A stretch of 64,000 nt of DNA from an uncultured Candidatus Saccharibacteria bacterium (GTDB lineage Bacteria; Patescibacteriota; Minisyncoccia; Phycocordibacterales; UBA9973): the NCBI GenBank assembly GCA_964446965.1, contig CAYUQD010000002.1:32689-96688 (forward strand), written 5' to 3'. The notes below the pieces were generated by a model. The model made no database searches, had not been told where the DNA came from, and saw nothing but the letters and a program-made list of their open reading frames with translations. Position 1 is the stretch's first letter; each line of letters starts with the position of its first letter. This document shows, piece after piece, positions 49,858 to 59,275 of the stretch. The position numbers and the translations under genes were made by a program.

Positions 49858-49862
49858 AAGGT

Positions 49863-50567
49863 TTAGGTTAATGCTCCTGGTGGATACCGGCGGAACTTCT
49901 CGAGAATGACGTGACTAATAATCGCAACGATCCACAAGTACCCATAAATTTGCAGAAAACTTGCAGTGTCGTTCTTTAGTATAAAAAAGTTGAACGTACT
50001 ATGCAAGAAGATTGCACCAGCGAGACCGAGTATCATGCCACCACGACGCATCCATCGAGGCGAGAGTGTGATGACAATCCCGATAAAACACGACGCGATA
50101 GCGTGCAACAGTGTCGACCCAAAGAACCGCAGGCCGCCAGTGAGGAGTCCCGCAGTGACGTTGAAGCTCGCTGCTGGCTGCAATACATAGAATATATTCT
50201 CAAGCGCTGCAAAGCCGAGGGCAACCGCAATGAGGTACATAGCTGGATCGAGGGCGTCGTTGTCATAGTCACTCTTGTACGCGACGATATAGAATACAAA
50301 GAATTTGAGGAATTCTTCGATACCAGCCCAGACTGCAATGCGTGTCCGAGGGTCTACAATAATATCTTTGAATATATTCTGAAGATACGTCGCAAGGAAT
50401 ACACTCGCTGCTCCAAGGAGGAAGCAGATAAAGACCAGTCCACGAGGTTCAGGCCGCTCACGATCGAGCTGGTGCCAATACAACAACCATATGAGTGATG
50501 GTACGGTACCGATAATGATAGCCCAAGTAGTCGGACTTATGACGAGCGAGTGGAGGAGAGAGGCCAT
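49863..50567 (-). CDS. PrsW-family intramembrane protease
   Basis: IEEFLK, GFAALEN, LLH, LHSTFN. Confidence 0.9.
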   Translation of the reverse strand: MASLLHSLVISPTTWAIIIGTVPSLIWLLYWHQLDRERPEPRGLVFICFLLGAASVFLATYLQNIFKDIIVDPRTRIAVWAGIEEFLKFFVFYIVAYKSDYDNDALDPAMYLIAVALGFAALENIFYVLQPAASFNVTAGLLTGGLRFFGSTLLHAIASCFIGIVITLSPRWMRRGGMILGLAGAIFLHSTFNFFILKNDTASFLQIYGYLWIVAIISHVILEKFRRYPPGALT

Positions 50568-52720
50568 GGTGTTACCATGAGTAGTGTATCATCTGCCGCG
50601 ATGAGTTCCCACAGCGCCTCGGTGACGAATGGCATGAATGGATGCAATGTTGCGACACATTCGCGCAATAGTTCGTGCAAGAGTTTTTGTCGGGATGCTT
50701 TGACGAGTGCATCAGTGCTCGAGAGCAAGGGTTTGCTTTCCTCAATGATCTTGTCTGCGAATACGGTCCAGATGTACTGGTATATCTTTTCTGAAGCGAG
50801 GTGGAGGCGGTACCCATCGATATCGGTGGTGATTTGCTTGAGTTCATTTCTCCATCCTTCGTATACGACAGCGTCTTCTTCGCTCAGTACTGCATCTGTC
50901 GGCATACCGTCAGTACTCGTGAGTACAAAGCGGGCGATGTTCCAGAGTTTGTTCGCAAAGAGTTTCTGACCCTTGATCTTGTCTTCGGAGAGTTTCATAT
51001 CAGTGCCGGGAGCAGTGCCAAATATGAGCGCCATACGTCCTGCATCCGCCCCAAACTTTGCGGCGACATCGAGTGGGTCGATACCGTTGCCGAGTGACTT
51101 GGAAAATTTGCGCCCTTGGTTGTCGCGGACGATACCGGTGAGGAACACATTCTCAAATGGAATAGTGCCGAGTGCGTACTGTGTCATCAGGATCATACGC
51201 GCAATCCAATGAAAAAGAATCTCATATGCAGGAACGATAGTCGTGGTCGGGTGATATATCGCGAGATCCTCAGTCTGGTTGGGCCAACCAAGGGTCGAGA
51301 ATGACCAGAGACCAGAAGAGAACCACGTGTCGAGTGTGTCGCCGTCTTGTTCCCAGCCGTCACCAGCAGGTGCTGCAATACCGCAGTAGATCTCGTCTCC
51401 TTTGTACCAGACAGGGATACGGTGCCCATACCAGATCTGTCGAGAGATACACCAGTCGCGGAGGTTGTCGATCCAGTGGAAATACGTCTTGTTGAAATAT
51501 TCAGGGTTGATCGCGATCTTGTTCTCAGCGACAGGGTCGCGCATGAGTTCCTTGAGGGTTTTGTTTCCTCGTGCAGCAACCGGTTTGTTCACATTGATGA
51601 ACCATTGGAGTTTAGGCAGAGGTTCGATGATACCGCCAGTACGTTCAGCCATTGATACATTTTGGTCGATCACTTCTTCTTTTTCCAACAGATTTTCTTC
51701 GTGTAGCCATGCAACGATCGCTTCTCGAGCATCGGTAGTTTTCTTATTCAAGATTCGTTCGTCACCAACAGTCATCTTTGCGTACTCATTGATCACTTGT
51801 GGGCGAGGGAGATCATGTCGGTCGGCAATCTCCCAGTCAGTCATACTATGTGCCGGCGTCACACCGAGCGCGCCAGTCCCAAAGTCCTTGTCCACCTCTC
51901 TATCTGCAATCACTTTGATGTGGAGGGGTACACCACAAAACTCGAGGTCGTATTCTTTGCCAACGTACTCTGCATAGCGTGTGTCATCTGGATGCACTGC
52001 AACTGCGACGTCACCTACCTTTGTCTCAGGACGAGTTGTCGAGATAGCAATAGGGAATTCTTTGGAATAACGGAACGTATACATCGTCGCCTTGCGCGCT
52101 TCGTGTACGACTTCGTCATCAGACACTGTGGTCTGTCCTTTGGGATCCCAGTTCACGATGCGGTTGCCACGATAGATGAGTCCGTCGTCGTACATGGACT
52201 TAAATATTGTGCGCACTGCAACGTTGCGCTGTTCATCGAGGGTGAATGCTTCGCGTGACCAGTCGCATGAAAATCCGAGTGCTTTGATCTGACTGACCAT
52301 GGTGTCGTGACTGCCTTGTGCAAAGGTCGCAATACGCTTGAGCATTTCTTCGCGGCCGAGGTCGTGACGAGAGAGACCTTCTTCTTTTTTGATTATTCCT
52401 TCGACTTTGGATTGTGTTGCAATCGCAGCGTGGTCAGTACCGGGGATCCAGAGTGTACGAAACCCTTGCATGCGTTTGTAGCGAATGAGAATGTCTTGGA
52501 CAGTACCACCGAGTGCATGACCCATGTGAAGTGTACCGGTGACGTTGGGTGGAGGGAGGACGATGGTGAAGGGTTTGGCGTCGGGCTTGGTGAGGCCGTC
52601 CTTGATCATGTTCTCAGGCGTGAAGTAGCCAGAGTCTTCCCATTTCTGGTAGATGCGGGATTCTTCGTCGACAGGGTTGTACGGCTTCAAAAGCTTCTCA
52701 GGGATAGCGGGGAATTCCAT
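50537..52720 (-). CDS. valS: Valyl-tRNA synthetase, no C-terminal coiled-coil arm
   Basis: PPPNVTGTLHMGH, DWCISRQIWYGHRIP, KFSKSLGN. Confidence 0.97.
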   Translation of the reverse strand: MEFPAIPEKLLKPYNPVDEESRIYQKWEDSGYFTPENMIKDGLTKPDAKPFTIVLPPPNVTGTLHMGHALGGTVQDILIRYKRMQGFRTLWIPGTDHAAIATQSKVEGIIKKEEGLSRHDLGREEMLKRIATFAQGSHDTMVSQIKALGFSCDWSREAFTLDEQRNVAVRTIFKSMYDDGLIYRGNRIVNWDPKGQTTVSDDEVVHEARKATMYTFRYSKEFPIAISTTRPETKVGDVAVAVHPDDTRYAEYVGKEYDLEFCGVPLHIKVIADREVDKDFGTGALGVTPAHSMTDWEIADRHDLPRPQVINEYAKMTVGDERILNKKTTDAREAIVAWLHEENLLEKEEVIDQNVSMAERTGGIIEPLPKLQWFINVNKPVAARGNKTLKELMRDPVAENKIAINPEYFNKTYFHWIDNLRDWCISRQIWYGHRIPVWYKGDEIYCGIAAPAGDGWEQDGDTLDTWFSSGLWSFSTLGWPNQTEDLAIYHPTTTIVPAYEILFHWIARMILMTQYALGTIPFENVFLTGIVRDNQGRKFSKSLGNGIDPLDVAAKFGADAGRMALIFGTAPGTDMKLSEDKIKGQKLFANKLWNIARFVLTSTDGMPTDAVLSEEDAVVYEGWRNELKQITTDIDGYRLHLASEKIYQYIWTVFADKIIEESKPLLSSTDALVKASRQKLLHELLRECVATLHPFMPFVTEALWELIAADDTLLMVTPWPLSSTRSS

Positions 52721-52823
52721 TCAGTTATACTAGCAATTTTAAGGCGTTTTGGGGAGTGGGATTGACTAATGTCCTTTGTATAGTAATCTGAGGTCAATAT
52801 TGTTCACCGCATAAAACTACCAT

Positions 52824-53027
52824 ATGCCAAAAGTAAAACCCGGTTCCAGAAAGCAAAGAGAAATCTTTATCAAGCAAGCAATAAAAAAAGGGAAATTTAA
52901 TACAGCACGCACACAGGCTTGCAAACTCGGTCCTGATTGCGAGTGGTATATACCAAAGAAAAGATCACTACAAAGGACGAAAAAGAATCGTTACGAAGGT
53001 CACCTTAAGCGACCAAAAAGACATTAA
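52824..53027 (+). CDS. Small highly basic hypothetical protein (islet)
   Basis: TTGACT-N16-TAATCT 52762-52789. Confidence 0.55.
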   Translation: MPKVKPGSRKQREIFIKQAIKKGKFNTARTQACKLGPDCEWYIPKKRSLQRTKKNRYEGHLKRPKRH

Positions 53028-53029
53028 TA

Positions 53030-54196
53030 CTACAACGACAAATTTCCATCCGCCACCAATGCATCTGGAGCGGATGTTTTTATTTGTCCACTGTTGATTT
53101 GGGAGAGCGCTGCGAGGCCGATCATGACTGCGTTGTCAGTGGCGAGCCATTGTTCGGGGAATAATACGACGGTATCAGGTAGTTGTTTTGCGACTGCCTT
53201 TTGTAACTCGTTCCGCAAGTAGGTGTTGCCCGCAACACCACCACCAACGATGATTGTTGGAGTGTGGTGTTCTGTTGCAGCCCTGATTGTTTTCTTTACG
53301 AGTACTTCTATTGCTGCAGTTTCAAATTCGCACGCAAGTGCCATCTTTTGGTCATCGCTGAGTTCACCAACTTCTTTTGCGGCGTAGAGCACTGCGGTCT
53401 TGATACCAGAGAACGAGAAGTCATAGTCGCCAGAGTGGAGCATCGGACGAGGAAGGGTAAATTGTGGCGGGAGATTGGTGTCGCGATATGTTGCAGCGAG
53501 TTTGGACACGGCAGGTCCACCGGGGTATGGGAGTCCGAGGACACGAGCGACTTTGTCAAAGGCTTCGCCGACTGCGTCGTCGCGCGTTGCACCGATTTTT
53601 TTGTACGTTCCAAAACGTTCTGCAATGACGAGCTCGGTGTGGCCACCAGATACTAACAATGAAAGTACGGGGAACTCGAGATCTCCAAATCGATAGACGT
53701 CGTCTTGGAGTTTCTCGATCGCTGCGGTCACCACGTGACCCTCCATGTGATTGATTGCGATAATAGGGATGTTCCAGATACTCGAGAGCGCGCGAGCGGC
53801 ATTGATCCCCACCCAGAGCGCGGGCTCGAGTCCCGGACCGACGGTCACGGCGATGTAGTCGATATCAGGACGTTGGTAGTAGGTAAAGAAGGGGAGGAAG
53901 TGCTCCTTGAGCGCTGACTCTTTGTCATCCATGAATGCGAGGGTGTCGGACATATCGGCGAGCGGGGCATCGACTGCCTCGAGGAGGTCGGCTTTGTCGA
54001 GGGCCTCGATGATGAGGGGGACCATTTTCTCTGCATGAGCGCGCTTTGCCATGGTGGGGAATACACCTCCGTATTGCGAGTGGAGCTCTATTTGGGATGC
54101 GAGGGCATTGCCTCGTATGAGTATGGTGTCGTCAGACTGTTCGAGCACGCAGATGCCTGTCTCGTCACAGCTCGTCTCTATTGCCAGGATTTTCAT
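53030..54196 (-). CDS. tsaD: t6A37 threonylcarbamoyltransferase TsaD
   Basis: LAIETSCDET, NHMEGH, VSGGHT, TDNAVMI. Confidence 0.97.
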   Translation of the reverse strand: MKILAIETSCDETGICVLEQSDDTILIRGNALASQIELHSQYGGVFPTMAKRAHAEKMVPLIIEALDKADLLEAVDAPLADMSDTLAFMDDKESALKEHFLPFFTYYQRPDIDYIAVTVGPGLEPALWVGINAARALSSIWNIPIIAINHMEGHVVTAAIEKLQDDVYRFGDLEFPVLSLLVSGGHTELVIAERFGTYKKIGATRDDAVGEAFDKVARVLGLPYPGGPAVSKLAATYRDTNLPPQFTLPRPMLHSGDYDFSFSGIKTAVLYAAKEVGELSDDQKMALACEFETAAIEVLVKKTIRAATEHHTPTIIVGGGVAGNTYLRNELQKAVAKQLPDTVVLFPEQWLATDNAVMIGLAALSQINSGQIKTSAPDALVADGNLSL

Positions 54197-54261
54197 CCCG
54201 ACACTATACCAAGACATTGTATTTTAGAGAAGGTGTGGTAAGGTTATGAAAAATCTACGAC

Positions 54262-54879
54262 ATGGAAAAAAATATAAATCTACTAATCTTCGGGATTGTT
54301 GGCGGTAGTGGCGCTGGTAAAACAGAGCTTGCAAAACTACTACTAAAACATTATTTTGACATTCTCACGTTTTCTGTTTCGGGCACGACTAGACCTGCCG
54401 GAGCTAATGAACGGCACGGAATTGATTATCATTTCTACAGTCATGAACGATTTGCACAATTAGAACAAGAAAAACATTTTTTAGAAACCAATTCGCTTGC
54501 AACAGGCAATCGATATGGGACACCTCTTTCAGAATTACAGAGAGCTCAAAATTTACAAAAAATTTTACTTGTTGATCTTGAAATCAATGGCGCTAAGCAA
54601 ATTTATGATCAGTATCCTGATAATTCAAAATTTGTATTTCTGGATGTTGATGATTCTGAAGCAGAGCGTAGGTTGAAAAATGCAGGAACTCGCAAACGGG
54701 AAAAGATCCCAGAGCGAATTCTCAACCTTCAACAACAGCGTCTACTTGTACATCAATATGACTGGATGACGACAATTATCGACACAACCAATTTTGAGGT
54801 AACAAAAATCTACGACTGTGTAGTAAATACTTTGTTAAACGAGATCAGTTTCAGAAAAAGTTATTTTGTTTCTTCGTAA
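54262..54879 (+). CDS. gmk: Guanylate kinase-like protein (AT-rich)
   Basis: GGSGAGKT, SVSGTTRP..NERHGIDYHF, YGTP. Confidence 0.8.
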   Translation: MEKNINLLIFGIVGGSGAGKTELAKLLLKHYFDILTFSVSGTTRPAGANERHGIDYHFYSHERFAQLEQEKHFLETNSLATGNRYGTPLSELQRAQNLQKILLVDLEINGAKQIYDQYPDNSKFVFLDVDDSEAERRLKNAGTRKREKIPERILNLQQQRLLVHQYDWMTTIIDTTNFEVTKIYDCVVNTLLNEISFRKSYFVSS

Positions 54880-54922
54880 AAGTAAATCCCCCTTCAGGGG
54901 GATTTTTTGTTATACTCCTCAT

Positions 54923-55159
54923 ATGGACTGGGAAATCAAGGACAACAAGCTGGTGCGGGAGTACACCTTCGAGACATTCACTGATGCGATACGCTTTATC
55001 AACGCGGTTGCAGTCTTTGTTGATGAACAAGATCATCATCCTGAGATTTGGAATAGCTACACTACTGTGCGACTCACACTGACAACACATGATGACGGTG
55101 ACAAAATAACTCCCCAAGACTATGCACTCGCATCTGTCATCGACGAGATCAAGATATGA
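54923..55159 (+). CDS. Pterin-4-alpha-carbinolamine dehydratase
   Basis: HHPEI, LTTHD, ITPQDYALA. Confidence 0.9.
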   Translation: MDWEIKDNKLVREYTFETFTDAIRFINAVAVFVDEQDHHPEIWNSYTTVRLTLTTHDDGDKITPQDYALASVIDEIKI

Positions 55160-55518
55160 CCACACATCACCCTACACCTTCCGAAAAGAAAGACTACCGC
55201 ATCCGTAATGCGGTCGTTGTCGTGCTCATCGCACTATTCCTCATCGAGACATCGGTCTTGATCAAGGAATTCCAAGGTACGACTGCATTTCGCGACTTGC
55301 GTGCGCATGAGTATCGAGAGATCTCGATCGAGCCATGGATGACATTCCGATACGTGAACACGGTCTACAATATTGCTCCCACGTATTTCCAGACAGTGCT
55401 CGGCATTGGGGACCCCAAGTATCCTGACATCGAGATACGCAAGTTTGCGCGCGAACGCAACATAGATCCAGACGATCTGATCCGCGAGATCATGATCGTC
55501 CTCGATCGAGGAGTATAG
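55156..55518 (+). CDS. Hypothetical single-TM protein
   Basis: ATGA overlap with upstream gene; IEPWMTFRYVN. Confidence 0.7.
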   Translation: MTTHHPTPSEKKDYRIRNAVVVVLIALFLIETSVLIKEFQGTTAFRDLRAHEYREISIEPWMTFRYVNTVYNIAPTYFQTVLGIGDPKYPDIEIRKFARERNIDPDDLIREIMIVLDRGV

Positions 55519-55522
55519 TGCT

Positions 55523-56119
55523 ATGGATACGATCATCCAGAGTATCCTGCCGTTCCTCCTCCTGTACAAATACTGGGCACTCTTTGGGATCACCTTTCTC
55601 GCAGCATTCATCATCCCTATACCTCCGGGTACGATCATCATGGCGTCAGCCGCTTTTGCATACCAAGGGTACTTTGAGCTTGGATGGGTACTTGTCGTCG
55701 CGTCACTTGGCAACATTGCCGGAGACAACATTGGGTACTGGGTTGCACGTATGTACGGACATCCTATCTTGTACAAGCTCGGATTTCGCAAGGTGCTCGA
55801 GAGTCGTCGATATCAGAGTGTCGAACGCAGTATCAAGCGCCGTCCGGGATTCATCATTTTCATTAGTCGATTCGAAGTCTTTACCAACCTTGCGGTGAAT
55901 CTTATTGCAGGTCTCGGCAAGATCCGGTACCGCAAGTTCCTCCTATACGAATCCATCGGCGAGGTCGTCCAAGTCTCGCTCTACGGGACCATTGGGTACA
56001 TATTTGGCAGCAACTGGCAAATGATCAGTAGTATCATCGGACGTTCGCTCGTTATCATCATGGTGCTCGCTATTTTGTTTGTGATTATTTTTTGGAAAAA
56101 GATTTGGAAGCGCAAGTAG
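55523..56119 (+). CDS. DedA-family membrane protein
   Basis: IPIPPG, GDNIGYWVAR, IFISRF. Confidence 0.92.
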   Translation: MDTIIQSILPFLLLYKYWALFGITFLAAFIIPIPPGTIIMASAAFAYQGYFELGWVLVVASLGNIAGDNIGYWVARMYGHPILYKLGFRKVLESRRYQSVERSIKRRPGFIIFISRFEVFTNLAVNLIAGLGKIRYRKFLLYESIGEVVQVSLYGTIGYIFGSNWQMISSIIGRSLVIIMVLAILFVIIFWKKIWKRK

Positions 56120-56247
56120 TATCGAGTATTTGGGAGACAGTGCAATGTGTGTCATAACACAATTGAGCTATCTATTGTCAATATAGTGCTGTATAGTCTA
56201 CGTCTAGTTTACGGATTAGGTATTATCAGTCATTCGAGAACACATCT

Positions 56248-56355
56248 ATGACTCAAGACGAAATCAAGGCACAAGAAGAAGCAGAACTCGCCAAAAAGGT
56301 AGCCGCTGCAACAGAAGAAAAGAAGGAAGAAGCGACAGAAGAAGTAGCTGCATAA
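56248..56355 (+). CDS. 35-aa acidic Glu/Ala/Lys peptide (not in ORF track)
   Basis: MTQDEIKAQEEAELAKKVAAATEEKKEEATEEVAA*; terminator 56373-56395. Confidence 0.6.
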   Translation: MTQDEIKAQEEAELAKKVAAATEEKKEEATEEVAA

Positions 56356-56462
56356 TAATGTACCTCCAAAGGAGACCTCGAAAGAGGTCTTTTTTGTTTG
56401 CTGAAAAATCTACTATTGACTAATCATAAAAAAGGTAGTACTTTAATAAAAAAATATGCACA

Positions 56463-57026
56463 ATGAAAAAGAAAACTATTGATGAAAAATTATTAGCATT
56501 TTTCCAAAAAAAGAGTGATTGGTTACTAGAATGGTTCGGTATCGACAACTTTGATATTGCGAGATTTCTGTTTTGTTTCTCTGGATTTTCTATTATTTCT
56601 GCCGATACGCACCTGTTTTATGTACAGAAATTAAATGGCTTAGATATTGTTCTTTCAGTTTTACTCCTATTTTCTATGGTACGTAATTTAGCCCACAATG
56701 AAGCAGGAAGGCGATCAGTCCGAAACAATCCTGTGTTTACCAACCCCAATGTTCTAAAGTTTTATTACTCTAGAATATCTACTGCACCGCTTGGTTTTGT
56801 GGCAATATTGCTTATTCCCGCAATATTCTTTCTATCCGAGAAGTCATTACAGATAAAGATATATGCTATTTATATATCTTTATACTTTATTAGCCAAACT
56901 GCAGGCTATTATTTCTCATCCTGTACCCCCAAGCCTCCTTCACATGCAAAAAAGAAATGGAGGAAATTGACGGAAAGTATTGGTCAAATCGGAAAAAAGC
57001 ACATAATTATTACTACAAAAAATTAA
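56463..57026 (+). CDS. Hypothetical multi-TM protein (island)
   Basis: TTGACT-N17-TACTTT from 56416; terminator 57032-57062. Confidence 0.75.
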   Translation: MKKKTIDEKLLAFFQKKSDWLLEWFGIDNFDIARFLFCFSGFSIISADTHLFYVQKLNGLDIVLSVLLLFSMVRNLAHNEAGRRSVRNNPVFTNPNVLKFYYSRISTAPLGFVAILLIPAIFFLSEKSLQIKIYAIYISLYFISQTAGYYFSSCTPKPPSHAKKKWRKLTESIGQIGKKHIIITTKN

Positions 57027-57061
57027 AAATGAAGTCACTGCAACAGTCAGTGGCTTTTTTT

Positions 57062-57079
57062 TATTTCCTAAATTTGTGA
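57062..57079 (+). repeat. 18-bp direct repeat, copy 1
   Basis: TATTTCCTAAATTTGTGA. Confidence 0.9.
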
Positions 57080-57215
57080 CCCCAAGACTTGGATTTCCGA
57101 AATACTGGGGTATCAAACTTTAATGAAAAGTAGTATTCACGAAATGCAGGTACTATTGCCAAATGTTGGGTAAATGGTAATGTATCTCAAAATATTCATC
57201 ATTAAAAAAACTACT

Positions 57216-57743
57216 ATGGAAGCAGTTAAGACTGGCTATACACAAGCCACAGAGAATTTAGCAGCTTTATTTAAAGAAAGAGCCGCCAAAGCAGAAGAGT
57301 TAAACAAAGAGTCTGCTGATTTAACAAAGAAATTTGAAAAAGAAGCAGAAGAAAATAAAGAAATCCTTCTTTTTTCTGCTCCTTTTAATGAAGTCGTTGT
57401 GACCTTTGGACAGCAACAAATTCATAATCTGTTTCTGCACTGTGAGTATCCAGCAGGCGGGCTTTTTTTGAGAGAGGTTCGTTTTGTTCATCTTGAAACT
57501 GTTGCCTCCAATCAGCTCAGGTACTTCACATCTATTCGTGTTCAATTCTTGTTCAGTGAGAAATGTTTTAATCATCATGTGTCATTACAGTGTTTACAAT
57601 TTGACGATGATGAGATGAGAGTCAGTGAGCAGGTTGTTGGACTAGGTACCAATCCACGTTTTGCAAACAAAGAAAAGTACTTAGAAGTAAGAGATGTTCT
57701 AACAGATATAACCGAAAAATTATACGCAGAACTAAAAAAGTAG
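57216..57743 (+). CDS. Hypothetical protein between the direct repeats
   Basis: ORF with terminator 57768-57794. Confidence 0.7.
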   Translation: MEAVKTGYTQATENLAALFKERAAKAEELNKESADLTKKFEKEAEENKEILLFSAPFNEVVVTFGQQQIHNLFLHCEYPAGGLFLREVRFVHLETVASNQLRYFTSIRVQFLFSEKCFNHHVSLQCLQFDDDEMRVSEQVVGLGTNPRFANKEKYLEVRDVLTDITEKLYAELKK

Positions 57744-57795
57744 CTTTTCAATGGAATTTAATTATTTGAGCTGTCCTTAGGGATGGCTCTTTTTA

Positions 57796-57813
57796 TATTT
57801 CCTAAATTTGTGA
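57796..57813 (+). repeat. 18-bp direct repeat, copy 2
   Basis: TATTTCCTAAATTTGTGA. Confidence 0.9.
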
Positions 57814-58006
57814 GCCTTCTCGAGATAGAACCTTTTGATCCATTGCCCTGTAAGGTTGGTTCTAGTAATTCTTCCATTTTGGAACGATCCTTCTCGTGCG
57901 TCTATAAAAAGTGACAAAAGTGACACGGGATCGCCTTATAAAGTTACAGCTCACTGTAACAAAAAAAGCCGGGAAGTATGATACTTCCCGAACTTTGCAA
58001 TATTGT

Positions 58007-58480
58007 TTACCCACCCACCAGAGCATCCACTGACTCAACAGCACGCAATTCCTTGTCACTCAGTTCTGTGATGAACTCGGTAACCATAAGGCAAAATATT
58101 GGTATGATCCTATATTCTGAATGCATGATTTTGGCAGTGCCATATGCCTGTGCAAGCACCTTGCATCCTTGCGACTTAATAGTCTTGATTTGATACGCCA
58201 GTGCTTCAGGCACAAAGAGCATCTGGATTGGTGCACGTCCGAACATATCGAACATGTCATTTCCAGTAGGGGCAGCACTTGCAGACCAGTCCATTTTAAA
58301 TCCGGTCATAATATATCCTTGCTCTTTGGTGAATATATTTTTCTTATACCATCCGGGTTTTGCAGGAGTGCTGTCATAGGCGATCTTGGCCCAGTGTGAT
58401 GCTGATTCCATAACGATTTTAAAATAGTCAGGACTCAGGATGCAGAAGGGTTCAGGGGTGAAAAGTTTTGTGAACTTCAT
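58007..58480 (-). CDS. Hypothetical protein (island)
   Basis: Minus TTGACA at 58551; terminator 57961-57996. Confidence 0.7.
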   Translation of the reverse strand: MKFTKLFTPEPFCILSPDYFKIVMESASHWAKIAYDSTPAKPGWYKKNIFTKEQGYIMTGFKMDWSASAAPTGNDMFDMFGRAPIQMLFVPEALAYQIKTIKSQGCKVLAQAYGTAKIMHSEYRIIPIFCLMVTEFITELSDKELRAVESVDALVGG

Positions 58481-58585
58481 ATACAGTAGGTTTTAATTGT
58501 TTAGGAACGAAAAGACTGAATATATAATATCACATATATATTATATGTCAATATGCAATATATGCGATTAAGATATACTAGAGAT

Positions 58586-59236
58586 ATGAAAGCCATACTG
58601 AAATCTGGTCGCAATTCCTACAATGCAATGAGCGAGGCAGAGCTCGAAAAGAAGAAAAAGGAGCTCATGGAGAGCCCTATTTTCAAACAGGCTCAACAAA
58701 CAGTCAGAGACGTGACTGAGCGTGTACAGAAAGTTGCCGATACGCTAAAACCAGTATTTGAGCGTGTCTCGCAAGCACGGCAACAAATGATTGCTTTGCA
58801 GCCTAACTTACTCTCCGATACCTTGGTTATACCAACTGATAATACTCAACATCTTATACTCAAAGAATTACGGATATTAAATGCGGAAAAGCTTGTAACA
58901 AAAAATCATGCGAATACAGAGATTGTTATTTCATACAATACACAGGAGAACAGTTTGATGAGGGTAGTAGATGGTACAGAGTACTTCTACCATTTTAAGG
59001 ATGACGCAAAAAGAAAAAGATTATTTGATATTTTACTGCTAAGAAAATCCTATATACAGCGCAAAGAGCTCAAAGTACTACTCGGCTCTCCAACGGCAGA
59101 TGCTATCTCAACAATGGTTAAAACTCTTAATGAAAAAGTAGCTCAAAAACTACATCTTAATAAACTGAAGATCGTTGTTGCTAAATCTGGATCGGGGTAT
59201 CGGATTAATCCGAATGTGATAATCCAACGAGTATAA
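58586..59236 (+). CDS. Hypothetical protein with probable C-terminal winged helix
   Basis: LFDILL...ISTMVKTLNEK...IVVAKSGSGYRIN resembles OmpR/PhoB-type wing. Confidence 0.55.
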   Translation: MKAILKSGRNSYNAMSEAELEKKKKELMESPIFKQAQQTVRDVTERVQKVADTLKPVFERVSQARQQMIALQPNLLSDTLVIPTDNTQHLILKELRILNAEKLVTKNHANTEIVISYNTQENSLMRVVDGTEYFYHFKDDAKRKRLFDILLLRKSYIQRKELKVLLGSPTADAISTMVKTLNEKVAQKLHLNKLKIVVAKSGSGYRINPNVIIQRV

Positions 59237-59275
59237 AAATAAGCCCGGACATAATCCAGGCTTATACATTTTCAC

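Noticed and set aside
57076-57830. GTGACCCC.. and GTGAGCC..GAACC after the 18-bp repeats as reverse-strand tRNA 3' remnants
   Set aside because: No convincing T-arm or cloverleaf could be built.
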